This document shows positions 1 to 12,676 of a stretch of 64,000 bases of DNA, one piece after another. The DNA is taken from NCBI GenBank assembly GCA_033442325.1, contig JAWQFM010000008.1, forward strand, positions 434,001 to 498,000. Direction: 5' to 3'. The stretch comes from Salpingoeca rosetta. Its lineage: Eukaryota > Protista > Choanoflagellata. The position numbers and the translations under genes were made by a program. The notes below the pieces were generated by a model. That model saw nothing but the letters and a program-made list of their open reading frames with translations. It ran no database searches and had not been told where the DNA came from. The first letter of the stretch is position 1. The number at the start of each line of letters is the position of its first letter.

Positions 1-3000
1 TGAGGCCGCCACGGCTCGGGCGGGCGCAACCCTGGACCGCTTGGAGAGCGATCTGGCGACGACGGCCGTGGGTGACAGCCTTGATGAAGTGCAGGTGTTG
101 CAGAAGACGCACGCCGGGGTACAGCAGCGGATTGCCGCGTCCACCGACGAGGTGCCCGGTGTTGTTGCCGCGTGTGAGGCCATGCTTGCCGACAACCACT
201 ACGAGAGTGCAGCCATCAAGTCCAAGTCTGACGAGCTCGTGGCGCGGCGGCGTGCCGTTGAAGAGCGAGCGAGCGAGCGGGCACTGCGGCTGCAGCACTC
301 CGCGACGCTGCAGGCGTTCCTGCGTGACGCCGGAGAGGTCGAGTCGTGGCTGGCAGACAAGGAGAAGATGGTGGCGGAGCGCAACTACGAGGACAAGCTC
401 AATCTCAAGGGAAAGCTGCAGCGTCACAAGCTGCTGGTGCTGGAGATGGGCACAAACGAGGATGTGCTGTGCGATCTGGAGAAGCGGGCCGGGGCCGCTG
501 CAGAGGACCGCAATTACGCTGCGGGCGACATGCGCGAGCGCGCTGATGCGCTGCGTACGCGGTTTGAAGCTTTCCGCGCCGCGTGCGAGGAGAAGACAGC
601 GCGCATCGAGGAGGCCATTGCCGAGCAGGACTTTGCGCGCTCCGCCGCGGACTTTGACCTGTGGTTTGAGCAGGTGCAGGCGCAGCTTGCGGAGACGGAC
701 GTCGGGGGCGACCGCATTGCCGCTGCGCAGCTGCTAAAGAAACACCAGCAGCTCATGGCCGATGTCGCCGCGAAACAGCAGGTGGTTGATCTCATTTCGT
801 CCAGTGCGGAGGCCCTCATCGCTGCCGGGAACTACGAAAGCGAGAGCATTGCGCAGACGCGCAAGCACGTGGGCGAGCGGTACGCCTCGCTGGAGGAGCC
901 GTGCAGCGTGCGGCTCAAGGCACTTGAGGACTCGCTCGCGTGGCAGACATACCTGAGCTCGTTCCGCTCGGAGAAGGCGTGGATTGACGAGCGCTGGGAG
1001 CGCGCACACGCCAGCAACGTTGGCGACAACCCCGCCGACGCGCAGTCGCTGCTGAAGAAACACCAGGCGTTTCACGCAGAGGTGTTGCCACACGAGGATC
1101 TGATTACTGCCGCGGTGGAGGCGGGCGATGCGCTGGTGCCGGACAACGCGCACAGCGAGAAGATCTATGAGCACAACGAGGAGCTGACCAAGGCCTTCCA
1201 GGACCTGGTGGATGCATCGAGCGACCGCCTTCGCGTGCTGATGGAGAACAACTCCGCACAGCACTACTTTGCGCAGTGCACGGACGCGCTCGAGTGGTGC
1301 CGCGCACATGAGGCGGCGGCGGGTAGCACGGAGTACGGCGAGGGTGAGGAGAGCGCGACGGCGGGGCTGCTGGCCAAGCACGATGCCCTGTCTTCAGACC
1401 TCAGCGCGCACCGCGTGCTGACGCAGGAGCTTGTGGACCAGGGGCGTGGCCTGATGGAGGCCGGCAACTTTGACCAGGAGCGCATTGCGGCGCAGATGGC
1501 GGCGGTGCAGGAGGCAATCGACCGCCTCACGGCCGACGCGAGCAAGCGCAAGACCGCGCTGGAGCAGCGCATGCTGTTTCACCAGTTTGTGCAGGACTGC
1601 AACGATTCGCTGGCGTGGCTGGACAAGAGCCTGGAGACGGCGCGCTGTACGGACATTGGGGAGGACCAGGACCACTGCGAGGTGCTGCGGGAGCGCTTTG
1701 ACGACTTTGCGCAGTCTGTGCGGGCCAACGAACACGACATGGTGCACAAGCCGGTGGCGCTGAGCGAGGAGCGCTCGGCGCACGTGGACGGGCCTCGCAT
1801 GCTTGACCTTGCGCAGCAGCTGTCCATGCGCCTGAAGGAGCTGCAGGCGGCGATGGCTTCGCGTGAGACGCAGCTCAACAACGCCACGGAGGTGCACACG
1901 TTTGTGCGCGAGACATCTGAGCTGCTTGCGCGCGTGGAAGAAAAGCACGGCCCCGCGCGCTCGCAGGAGTATGGCAGTGATCTTCCCGCCGCAGAGTCGC
2001 TCAAGCGCTTGCACGACCGCTTCGAGCTGAGTGTACAGGCGCTGCGCGGCGCTGTTCGGCAGCAGGCGGAGAAGGCCGACGCGCTCGCCCCGCGCCACCC
2101 CGCAAGCAGCGGGCGCATTCTGGACATGAAGCAGCGGCTGCAGGATGCGTGGCAGCAGCTGTTGGATGCGACGGCAGCGCGCAAGACGGCGCTGGAGGCG
2201 TCGAACCTGCTGCACCAGTTCCTCACGCAGCAGCGCTACATGGTGTCGTGGATTGGCGATATGGCTGCGCAGGTGAACGCGCACGAGCGGCCAACGAGCG
2301 TGGACGGCGCAGAGAAGGCCCTGGAGCTGCATGCCACATACAAATCTGAGATTGACACGCGGCGTGTGGGCTTTGACGATCTGGTTTCGTTTGGGCAGCG
2401 GCTGCTCGAGACACAGCCGCAGCACGTGGAGGCTGTGTCGTCTGGCCTGGACGCGCTGCGCACGGCGTTTGCCTCCCTCACCCAGCAGTGGGAGGAGGTG
2501 CGTCGCGCGCTGCACCTGGCCAAGGACGCGCTCGTGTTTGAGCACGAGACGCAGGCGCTTGAGGCGTGGCTGCAGACACAGGAGTCGCTGCTGCTTGGGG
2601 ACGACGCACTGGAGGCCGCCGTCGACGCTGGCGGCGATGTGGACGTTGACGTTGACGCGCTGTTGGACAAGCACGGCGAGCTGGAGGCGTTGCTGGACGC
2701 TCACACGGGCAAGCTGCACAGCCTGCGACGGCTGACGAAGTTTGAGGAGGAGTCTTTGCAGCAAGATGCCATTCATCAGCACTACCAGCGCTTTGAGCAA
2801 GAGGATCGCGCTGAGCAGGAGCGCCGTGCAGAGCGGCAGCGGCAGGAGCAAGCCGAACAACTTCAGCAACAGGTGTGTGAATGTGTGCGCGCGTGCGTAC
2901 GCGAGCGTATGTGTGCGTGTGTGCGTGTGTGCGTGCGTGCATGTGCATGTGTGCGTGTGCGTGTGCGTGCATGTGTGTGTGTGTGTGTATGTGTGTTGTG

Positions 3001-3361
3001 TTGCAAGTTGTTTGTGCCGTTGAGTGCGCCTGCGTGTCAAACTCACGTTTCAGCGGCGTGGGCTGTGCTGTGCGTTCAAACCATGCAGCAACTGCTGGAG
3101 GCGGAGATGCAGCGACAGCACGAGTTGGAGGAAGCAATGCGGCAAGAGCGGGAGAAGCAGGCCGCGCAAGCCGCACAGGAGGACACCGCCCGCGCAAAGG
3201 TGCGTCTTCCTCCGTTGTTGTGGGCCACCACAGCATGCATGTGTGGCTTCTGCACGCCACGCTTCTTTCCTCCTCAAGTGTACATGGTGGTGACATGCCG
3301 ACACTTTGCCCCATGTCCTCTTGATTGCACACACACACACATGCACACACACGCACACACG

Positions 3362-3392
<31 letters not shown>

Positions 3393-4336
3393 TCTCTCTC
3401 TCTCTCTCTCTCTCTCTGTCTTTGTGTCTTTCTGTTTCTTTCTCTCATGCATTTGGCTCACGCTTGTGTTCAACCCCCCCTTTGTTTTCTCGTCATTGCT
3501 TTCCCCTGTGGTCCGTGTGCACACAGGCGACAGCGGAAGCGATTGTACAGCAGGAGAAGCGGCGCGCCACACAGCTGGCGGAGGAGTTGGTGACGGCTGC
3601 GGCATCCGCCCGCGCAAAGCTGGCAGAGAAACGTGCTGCAGAGGAGCAGTTGCGGTCTCGTGAGCAGAAGGTGGTGGAGGCTGAGCGCCGTGCAAGCCTC
3701 TCTGGCACGCGGGTCATGCGAACACAGCGGGCATCGGACTTTCTGCCACGCATGCCGCTGCCGAGTGACGGCGGGAACACGACGACAACCGCCAGCACGC
3801 CGTCAACAACGCGCGCAACGTCAACATCGTCTACACTCGCACGGGACGCGGACGCACCCGCGCCCGGCGCCACCCTGGCAAGCGAGCCTGCCGGCAGCAA
3901 CGCACGCGCCCCCCTGAACGGGGCCCCCTCAATTAATGGCGGACACGCGCACGCGAGCGCCGGCGCAGAATCGAGGGAGGAGGATGACGAGGGCGAGGAT
4001 GAGGACATTCAGGCTGTGTTGTCGTACCCGAGCCAGCTCAACCCGGGCTCACAGCGATATGTGATGGCGGCAGATGGAAAGATGTCATCGTCGTCCCTCA
4101 ACACAGAGTACTCTGCACTATCGTCACGCAGCGAGCTGCCCCCACACATGCTGGACTCGCAGGCGGCGCGAGCAGAGCACGGGCTGTCCACGCTGTCCAT
4201 CTCCTCCTCGCCTTCTGTGCCGCGCCGTGCTAACACCAGTTCGGCAGCAGACTCGCTCGTGCCCGATGATGATCCGCCACCGCTTCCGGAGGACGAAGTG
4301 CCAGACATTCCGCTGGACGAAGATGAGGAAGTGTAA
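1..4336 (+). CDS. Beta-type (possibly beta-heavy) spectrin, 3' part. Exons <1-2872, 3089-3199, 3527-4336
   Basis: About 8 spectrin repeats (e.g. FLRDAGEVESWLADKE, LLKKHQAFHAEV). It ends in a partial repeat (EAWLQTQE...LLDKHGELE...LRRLTKFE) resembling beta-spectrin repeat 17. GT-AG introns 2873-3088 and 3200-3526 are both phase 0. Confidence 0.9.
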
Positions 4337-4931
4337 ATCCACCCTGCTTTTTCTTTGCATGCAGTTGCGTGCAGTTGTACATTGTGGCGTGTGAGTGTGT
4401 GTGAAAGTGTGTGAAGGTGTGTGTGTGCGTGTGTGCGTGTGTGTAAGCGTGTGTTTGTTTTTTCATGTCCATGGCACAACGGCACTGCGATTCGGTTGGA
4501 TGGTGTTATGTTACACGGCTGACTTGGTGAAGGCTTGAGCTTTTGTTGTTTCTTTCGACGTGCCGGGATGTGATGAGCAAAGCCACGCGCTTTGCTTCCT
4601 TGGGCCTTTTAATTGTGTATGTTCTTTTCATTGTGTGTTGGCACCATTTAATTTTTCCCTCACAAACAAGTGCGAGCAAGCTTGAACTGATGAGGAACAC
4701 GTAACATCGGTGGTTATCCAACGACAACAATTCCATACAACCCAACCAATCCATGCGCTGGAGTGAGGCGCAGACAAAACAACACAAGCTAGCTCACAGA
4801 CAAGAGGCACACAGATACGCAGGCGCACCAACACGTACACAGACGGGTGACAGTTGCCTGCAGCCACATGCGCACAGGCACCCACATATGCACCTGCCAC
4901 AACAGCTACATGACACACACACACACACACT

Positions 4932-4976
<45 letters not shown>

Positions 4977-4998
4977 TCCTCGAAGCACGCACACACAA

Positions 4999-6733
4999 CT
5001 AGAACCTGCCACGCCCCCTGCCTCGTCTGCCCATGTGTGGCGGGCGCATCATGTGCTGATGCGGTGGCGCTGCACCCATTGGCGGCATGCGCGGGCGTGG
5101 CGGTCTCGTGTATCCAACAGGACCCCGCGGCCCAGCGGGCGGCGGTGGCTGTACCATGCAGACAGACGCGAGGGAAGAAGGCAAGGTGTGATGCGCAAGT
5201 GGTATGGGTGTGAGGGCGCTACAACAAGAAGCGCATGCAGTCACTCGCAAGGGTTGACGCAGCATGCCTTGTGTTATTTGTTTGGGAACATGGTGTTGGT
5301 GTTCTTGGAACCATGTTGTTTGTTCGTTTGTAACATGTTATGTTGTCACGGTTGTACGTGTCTTCGAAGCAATTTTCGTGCATCAGAGAATGAGGGGACT
5401 TGACGTACCCGCATGCGAGCGTCCATGTGCCGCATCATGGGCTGGCGTGGTGGCGGTGGTGGGCCGCCATAGCCTGGCGGCGGCGGTGGTCCGGCCATTC
5501 TGAAGGCAGCACGCACACCACACATTGAGGGCCAATGATGGCACGAGGTACGCAACGAAGACAAAGAAATCGCCATCAAGTATGGTGGTTCGACGTCGAC
5601 ACGACACTCAAAATTTACACCACCAACCCACAGAGAAGTTTGAACACGGACACGTTCATTCCTGCTGCCCCCGCCAAGCGTGCTACTCCTTGCATACCCC
5701 TCTGCCTCTCAACAACATCAAAACACAGCGCACTCACCCTGGAGGCGGCGGTGGTCCTTGCTGGTAGCGCTGCGGCGGCGGCGGCGGCGGGCCAGGGGCA
5801 GGGCCAGACCGCCACGGCGGCCCCGCTGGCATTGGCGGGTGGTGTGGGTGGTGTGGAGGTGGGGGAGGTCCCATTGGCCCGGGCCCACCACGGTACGGCG
5901 GGCGACTGGGCGGTCCGCCACGCGCATAGCGGCCGCGGCTGCTGGAGCGACGCTGGCGGCGGTAGGCTGGGGTGCGCGAGCGGGACCGGGACCGGGACCG
6001 GGACCACGAACGCGACCGAGAGCGGGATGGGGATCGTGATGGGGAACGGGAGGGCGTCCACTGTCCACGGCCACCGCCAGCATCACGACGCGGCCACGGC
6101 GAGCGAGAATACGACCGTGAACGCGAGCGCGAGCGCGAGGGCGAGGCACTGCCACGCCTCCTGCGCGGTGACACATCCCGTGACCCTTCACCGGATCGGC
6201 GAGACGACGACGATCTCCGCCGTGATCGTGACCTTGACCTTGACCGTGATCGTGAGCGTGATCGTGAGCGTGCGCCCGACACTGGTTCGAGTGGCGAGCG
6301 TGAGCGTGAGCGCGATGGCGATGGTGACCGTGATGGTGACGGTGATGGCGAGCGCGGGGAAGGGGTGCGGCTGCGAAGGGAGCGCGATTGCGGGCGCGAT
6401 GTGCGGCGGGAAGACGGCTCAGAACTGATATCGCGAGAAGACCCGCGCTGTGGCGACGATGGAGACCTGTCAAGAGGGTGGATGGGCACATGGAGTGAGA
6501 AAGGTAACGTGGGCTCTCCCTATGGGCTATGCTCATTCATGGGATGGGCATCATGAACAATGCGCGCGATATCGCAAGCAACAGATCGCACATACAGAGA
6601 GAGAGAGGGAGAGAGAGACAGACAGACAGACACAGACACACACACAGACACACAGACACAGACACAGACAGACAGACAGACCGAGACACGCACAGACACA
6701 CACAGACACACAGACACACACACACAGACACAG

Positions 6734-6764
<31 letters not shown>

Positions 6765-9700
6765 CAGCGTTTGCGATGGGTGCGCGTACCGTGGCATGGG
6801 TCGCTGGCTTGAGGACGAGAAGCGGCGGCGGCCCCTCATCTCCGCCTCGGGTCGGCCATCGCGTGGTGCCGGCGGTGCGCGTGGCCCCCGCGGCGGTGGT
6901 GACCGAACAGGAGACCGTGATCGCGACCGCATGCGTGCGCGGCGGGGTGATAACAGGGGAGGCGGTGGTGTGCCAGGGCCACGGTTGCGAGCACGCCCCG
7001 AACTGCCATAGGGGCGGGCAGCAGGGGACCCCGGGCGGTAGGGTGGAGAGCGGCGCATGGGCGGTCGACCTTCACGGCGGGGGAAGCGCGGCGGCGGCGG
7101 CGACATGGCAGCACGATGCGGTGGTGGTGGTGGTGGTCCCCGGAAGTTCGGGGGCCGATGGTGGGGATGGTGGGGATGGTGGGGATGATGTGGTGGAGGT
7201 GGGCGCGGATGGTGATGTGCGTGCTGGTGCGGCGGGGGTGGTGGGGAGCCGCGGAAGCTTGCATCGTAACGGGGCCGGCCGCGTGGTGGTGGCGGCGGTG
7301 GGGGTGGTGCGCGCTGGTCGTGTCGGCGCGGGTGGCGTCTGTAGGGCGGGCTGCGGGACCGACGAAGCCCTCGCGGCGATGGTGGCAGTGGTGACCGTGA
7401 ACGCGACCACACTCGGCGGTCACGGCGGCCAGGGTGGTGGGCGTGGCGGTGGTGGCGTCGGGGTGGTCCGGACGGCGACGGCGGAGGGGATGGCGATTCA
7501 GACATCGATCGAGAGCGTGCGCGCCGTTGTGGCGGTGCTGGCTGGACGACGCTGCCTACAGCGTGTGCAGGGCGCCGCCCGGGCGACGCCGGCGGAGACA
7601 CAGAACGCGAGAGCGGTGTGCGCGATCGGCCCCGTTGCTGCGGCGCTGGTGGAGGCGGCGATGGTGATGGTGATGACGGTGGTGTGGCTGCTTTCGCCTT
7701 CTTCGCGGGCCTTGCATTGCGACTACCGGGTGAACGCTTCTCAGCACTTGTGTCCCGACGCCTGTCGCCTCTGCTCGCACGGCGACCCTCTTCACGCTGT
7801 AGCTGTGGTTGCTGTAGCTGTCGCTGTGGTTGCTGGTGCTGGTGTTGCTGCTCGCGTTGAGCTGCCAACTTCTGTTCCTCTTCCCCGAATGTGTCCATCA
7901 ACGTAAGGAGCTTGGCTGCTGCCACGGACTCAATTTTCTGCACATGTGTGTGCGCGCGTGCGTGTGTGTGTGTATGTGTGTGTGTGTGCGTGTGTGCGTG
8001 TGTGTGCGTGTGTGGGTATTGGTGCCGAGCGGATCGTGGGTTGCATACATAGAGGATTCGTGCATATGTAGTGTGGCGTTTAGATTCTGTCACGTGCAAC
8101 GCCAATCAATCCTGCACACCGAACTAACCGTCATGTCGGGGCACTTGTGAATTTCCTGGCGTCGTCGAAGGTTGTTGCGGAGGTGAGACGCCTTTGCCGT
8201 TGGCATGCCATATCTACATGTGTGTATGCATGCATGTGCGTGTGTGTACGTGTGTTTGTGCATGTGTGTATGTGTATGTGTATGTGTGGATGTGTGTGTG
8301 TGTGTGTGTGGAGAAGTACAAGTGCATACGTGAGTCAGGCGATCGCTGGAGCGAAATGCGGCTGCACAACCACGTGGACAGCAGTAGCAACGAGACATAC
8401 ACACTAGTGTTGACTTACGTGTTGATCCAGCGGACAAGGAAGGTGGACCCAAGGTTCACGGACGTGTTCCAGTCAAAGTCAATGTCGTCATCCATGCCCT
8501 CCACACTGAACATCCATGCAATCCACCCAATACAGCAACAGCACAGGAGTGGGTCAAGGCACGCGCAAGGCTGCAAGTGGCCTCACACGCCTCGCTCACA
8601 AACGACGCAGCAAGATGTCACTAGATCCCTCACAACACATGGCACATGCGCGGTGCGTGGTGCCTCCACAAGCGCGAGCGAGAGCAGCCAGCGACACAAA
8701 TGCAACACAGACGTGCGGGGTGCACGTCCGCTCGGCACACGGAAGGGGAATTGCAGGCTCACCGCGCATAGCCGGAGTAGGACGAGCTTCCATTCGCGAT
8801 GAAGATGAGATACAAGTTCTCATTGTTCTGGCAGAAGAAAAGACGGGAAGATGGGTGTTGAGGCGGGGGCGGGGTGGGGTGCACAACGAGGCAGACCCAA
8901 CCCCACACGCACAGGCACACAAAGACTCATAGCGGTTGTGCGCTGTGTACACCGATAGGAAACATGCACACGTACGCACGCACGCACATACACACGCACA
9001 AACACGCACATACACACGCACAAACGCGCACGCAAGCAAGCAAGCACGCAAGCACACACTCACATATACAGGCGATTGAATGACACGCACCTTGAAGTCA
9101 GCTTTGAGCTTGGACATGTTTCGCTTCGGGGTTGCCCAGAGATCGTGCTGCTGCGACAGGCGTATGTTCTCCTCCGTGTGGCTGCGCACCAGGTAGAAGG
9201 CACACTTGCCACCTGCCCGGAACGCCTGCTTCGGGACACGCTTGGGAACACCGCCATCGCTGTGCACGACGCGAGTCATGCCTTGGCGCTGGTGTGCGGC
9301 CGGTGCAGTGCCACGCACAGCCGCCGCCGCTGTTGGTGTACTTGAAGATCCTTCCACTCGTCCTTTGCCGCGTCTGCCTGGGGCGGTACTGGAGGATGAT
9401 GACGATGCCGATGGTGGTGGTGCCGCCGTCGGCTTCTGTACATAGCCTGCCGTCGCATGCGCACGCGCAGCCAAAGCAAAGCGTTGATGGGATCACCCAC
9501 CACGACGCAGGCGCGCGCGCAGAGGAGTGGCGCGGGTGCACAGGAGCACAGCAACACACAGGTATGACGCAACCGAGATGTCGACAGGCGGGAAGCCAAG
9601 CGGAGCACATTGAGGACAATGATTAGCTGAACGAAATCATTCATTCATTCACATCCTGTGGCCCCAGCAGCTTGCATAATCGCGTCCCCTCATCCATCTC

Positions 9701-11402
9701 GTCTGTCGCTCTCTCGATCGCGCGCTCGCACCCGTCAAGTCGCTGTGCACGCCTCCCGCTCGCATGCCAATACACGTCGCACCCCATCGCCACTCATCTC
9801 TCTCCTTCTGCTATGCTCGTGCGCGCTCTGACCCTCTCACACGCACACAGAGACACACGCACACGCACACACGCGCGCACTCTCTCTGGCTCTCTACACG
9901 CCAAGAACACAAGCAAGCACAGCACATGGGGTGGGGGAGTAAAGGAAAGAGAAAAAGCCGGTGACAGCGATGATAACGACCAAAGTGGAAGACAATCGCC
10001 ACAAATACGCATAGGACGCGTAACCACAGAGAAGCAGAGGGGGGAGGAGGAAGAGGAGGCAGAGAAGAAGAATCGGACGCCTGAAACATGTGTCAGGACG
10101 CGCTACTTCTACAGACTACGGATGCAACGGTCACTTCTCTTTCGCCAACTGAATTGAAAGGCACAAGGCTGCACGCGTCCCGATCTGATGGTAGCGCCCC
10201 ATCACAGCCCGTACAGCCCCTGTGTCTCTTCCCACATCTCCCTTCCCACATCTCTCTGGCCGATGCCCTCACGTGCCAGCACGTTGGAGTACATGTTCTG
10301 GATATCACCGCACCTGACAGGCGTTCGTGGATGCTGCGCTTCGAGCGGCGAGTCGGGCTGCTGGTCTCATCCCGTTGTTGGTGTGGCCTCGCCCGGGCCT
10401 CTGCGTGTCCTCTGGAGGCAGCACCAGCGCCATCTCCACCAGAAGGCGCCCGTGCTGGTGCTGGTACTGCCGCACGCTGAGTTTCGCCCTTCCTCGTGGG
10501 TGCGCGCCTCTGTGCGTCTCGGGATGATCTGCGTTGGCGTTGGTCGGTGAAACGGTCGGGTTGCACCGCTGCCAGTTTGTTGCCAGAGTCGGCATCGCGG
10601 GGTTTTGCTCCTGCTGCTGATCGGTCACCTAGCCGGGCAAAGACTGACTGCTGGGGTCGCTGCTGTGGTCGCTGCTGGCGTGCTGCGTCCTGCCTCCCGC
10701 CTCGTTGTGCTGATAGTGCTAGTGCTGCTGCCGGTGGTGGCGGTGATGCGCGTGCCCTGGGGGCTCCTCGATCTGGAGCTGGGCGCGCGCCGCGCTCGTC
10801 CAGACGAGCATCGCGCGGGCGATCTCGGCTTTGTCTGCGACCTTGGCGACGTTGCTCTCTGCGTGGCGGCAGATCGCGGCCCCTCGAGCGGCTGCGGCGC
10901 TGGCTCTGTGCAGCTGACGCTGTTTGTGTTGGTGAAGCTGGCCTGTGTCTCTGACGACGAAGGTCGCGTGGCTCGTCCGTTTGTGGCGGTGGCTGTGTTC
11001 TCCTCGCCGCTGTCTCGGACGCTGTCACGGATGATGTCCCGTGTTCAACCCGTGTTGGAGCTGCAAACGTGTGTGTGTGCATGTGCATGTGTGCATGTGC
11101 ATGTGTGCGTGTGTGTGTGTGTGTACATGTGCATGTGTGTGTGTGTGTGCATGTGCATGTGTGTGTGTGTGTGTGTGCAAGGCTTTGGAGTTGAGGGCAA
11201 TGGTGATGGAGGGCATTCCTTGTTCAACACTGGACAAAGCTGACGAGTACGAACCAGCAAGCAAAACGGACTCACAAGAAATGGGGGTGCTACCTTTGGC
11301 TTCGTCAACTTGCGACTCCGATACAACTACAGCTTCGTTTTCTGCTTCGTCAAACGTGTGATCGTCCCCAAGAACGGTGGCAAGGATGTTCTCCTCCTCC
11401 AT
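4999..11402 (-). CDS. YTH-domain (YTHDC1-like) m6A reader with RS-rich, Pro-rich and RG C-terminal regions; about 9 exons
   Basis: YTH motifs across exons: [78 protein letters not shown]. Splice phases are compatible from ATG 11402 through the exons starting at 11060 and 9446, and on through RSRS-rich exons to [10 protein letters not shown] at 4999. Confidence 0.82.
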
Positions 11403-11704
11403 GATGGCAGTCTCGTGTGCCAGTTCGGCCTTCGACCTGTCGTGCACTGCCTGGTCGTTCGCTTTCCGCCGTTGTCTTTTGTGGTGCGTGACGAATGTTT
11501 ATGGAAGGTGTGGTCAAATTTCTTCAATGCGTGGTGGTGGTGGTGCTGAAGCACTGACAACAAACAACAACAGCAGAAAGCAACAAACAAGCAAGTGAAG
11601 GGGCAAAGATGAATGGGAAACATGCATGCATGCGTGTGCTTGTGTATGGGTGTGGGTGTGTGTATGCGTGCACAGGGGTTGTGCCAACGACGCGATTCGT
11701 CCCG

Positions 11705-12632
11705 CTACTGGGAGGCCTCGCCCTCAGCACGCTCCTCAGCACGCTTCGCCAGCTCCCCAACGACATCAGACTTGGTCTTGGCCGTGAGCACGTCAATCGG
11801 GGTGATGAACTGGTACGGGCCCTTATCGCGCATGGCCTCCCAGTCGCGGCGGTTGCGCTCAACCTCAGCGCGCAGCACCTGCACATACACAACAAAGGGG
11901 GGTTGGTTGTTTGTTTGTTTTCGGCAGGTGGGGGTGGGGAGGCAGAGGTGGGTGTGGAGCACATTGGAGAGGGGGGGAGGAACACGAAACAAGCAGAATG
12001 ACATACACACAGACACACACACACACACAAACACAGAACAAACACGCGTGCACACACACACGCACACATGCACGCGCACATGTACCGTACCTTGAGGTCT
12101 TCAAAGTGGTCGCCAAGTGAATCGTACACGGGCTTGGCCACAAAGTCAATGAAGCCAACCTGCAGCACAAGTGATGGGGTATTGAGGGTGAGGGCGAGGG
12201 CGAGGGGAGGAAGCAGGCATGGACAATCATGAGGGAGGCAAGGGAGGGGTACATCGAATCAATTTCGTTGCGCTTTGTTTTGCCCGTGATGAGCGCAGAG
12301 AGGGATGTGATGCAACAGCACACACTTGCACACACAACGCCACACAAAGAGAATCTGCGACGAAAACGCACCTGCATCTTTGGCAGCTCGCTGACTTTCT
12401 GGCGGTTCATGAGGTCCTGCAGGTCGTCTGTCTTGGCGCCAAGCGCCCGCTCCAGATCGCCCTGATCAAAGAACTCGCTGCAGTTGTCGTGAATGGTGTG
12501 TGTGTGTGCGTGTGTTTGGGGGGGGGCAACGTAGTCAAGAGCATGAAAGGTGAGTGAGGTGACGTCGGGATGTGATGATGGGTGGGCACATAAAATACAA
12601 GATAGCACACACTGTGCATGTGTGTTTGTGCG

Positions 12633-12676
<44 letters not shown>

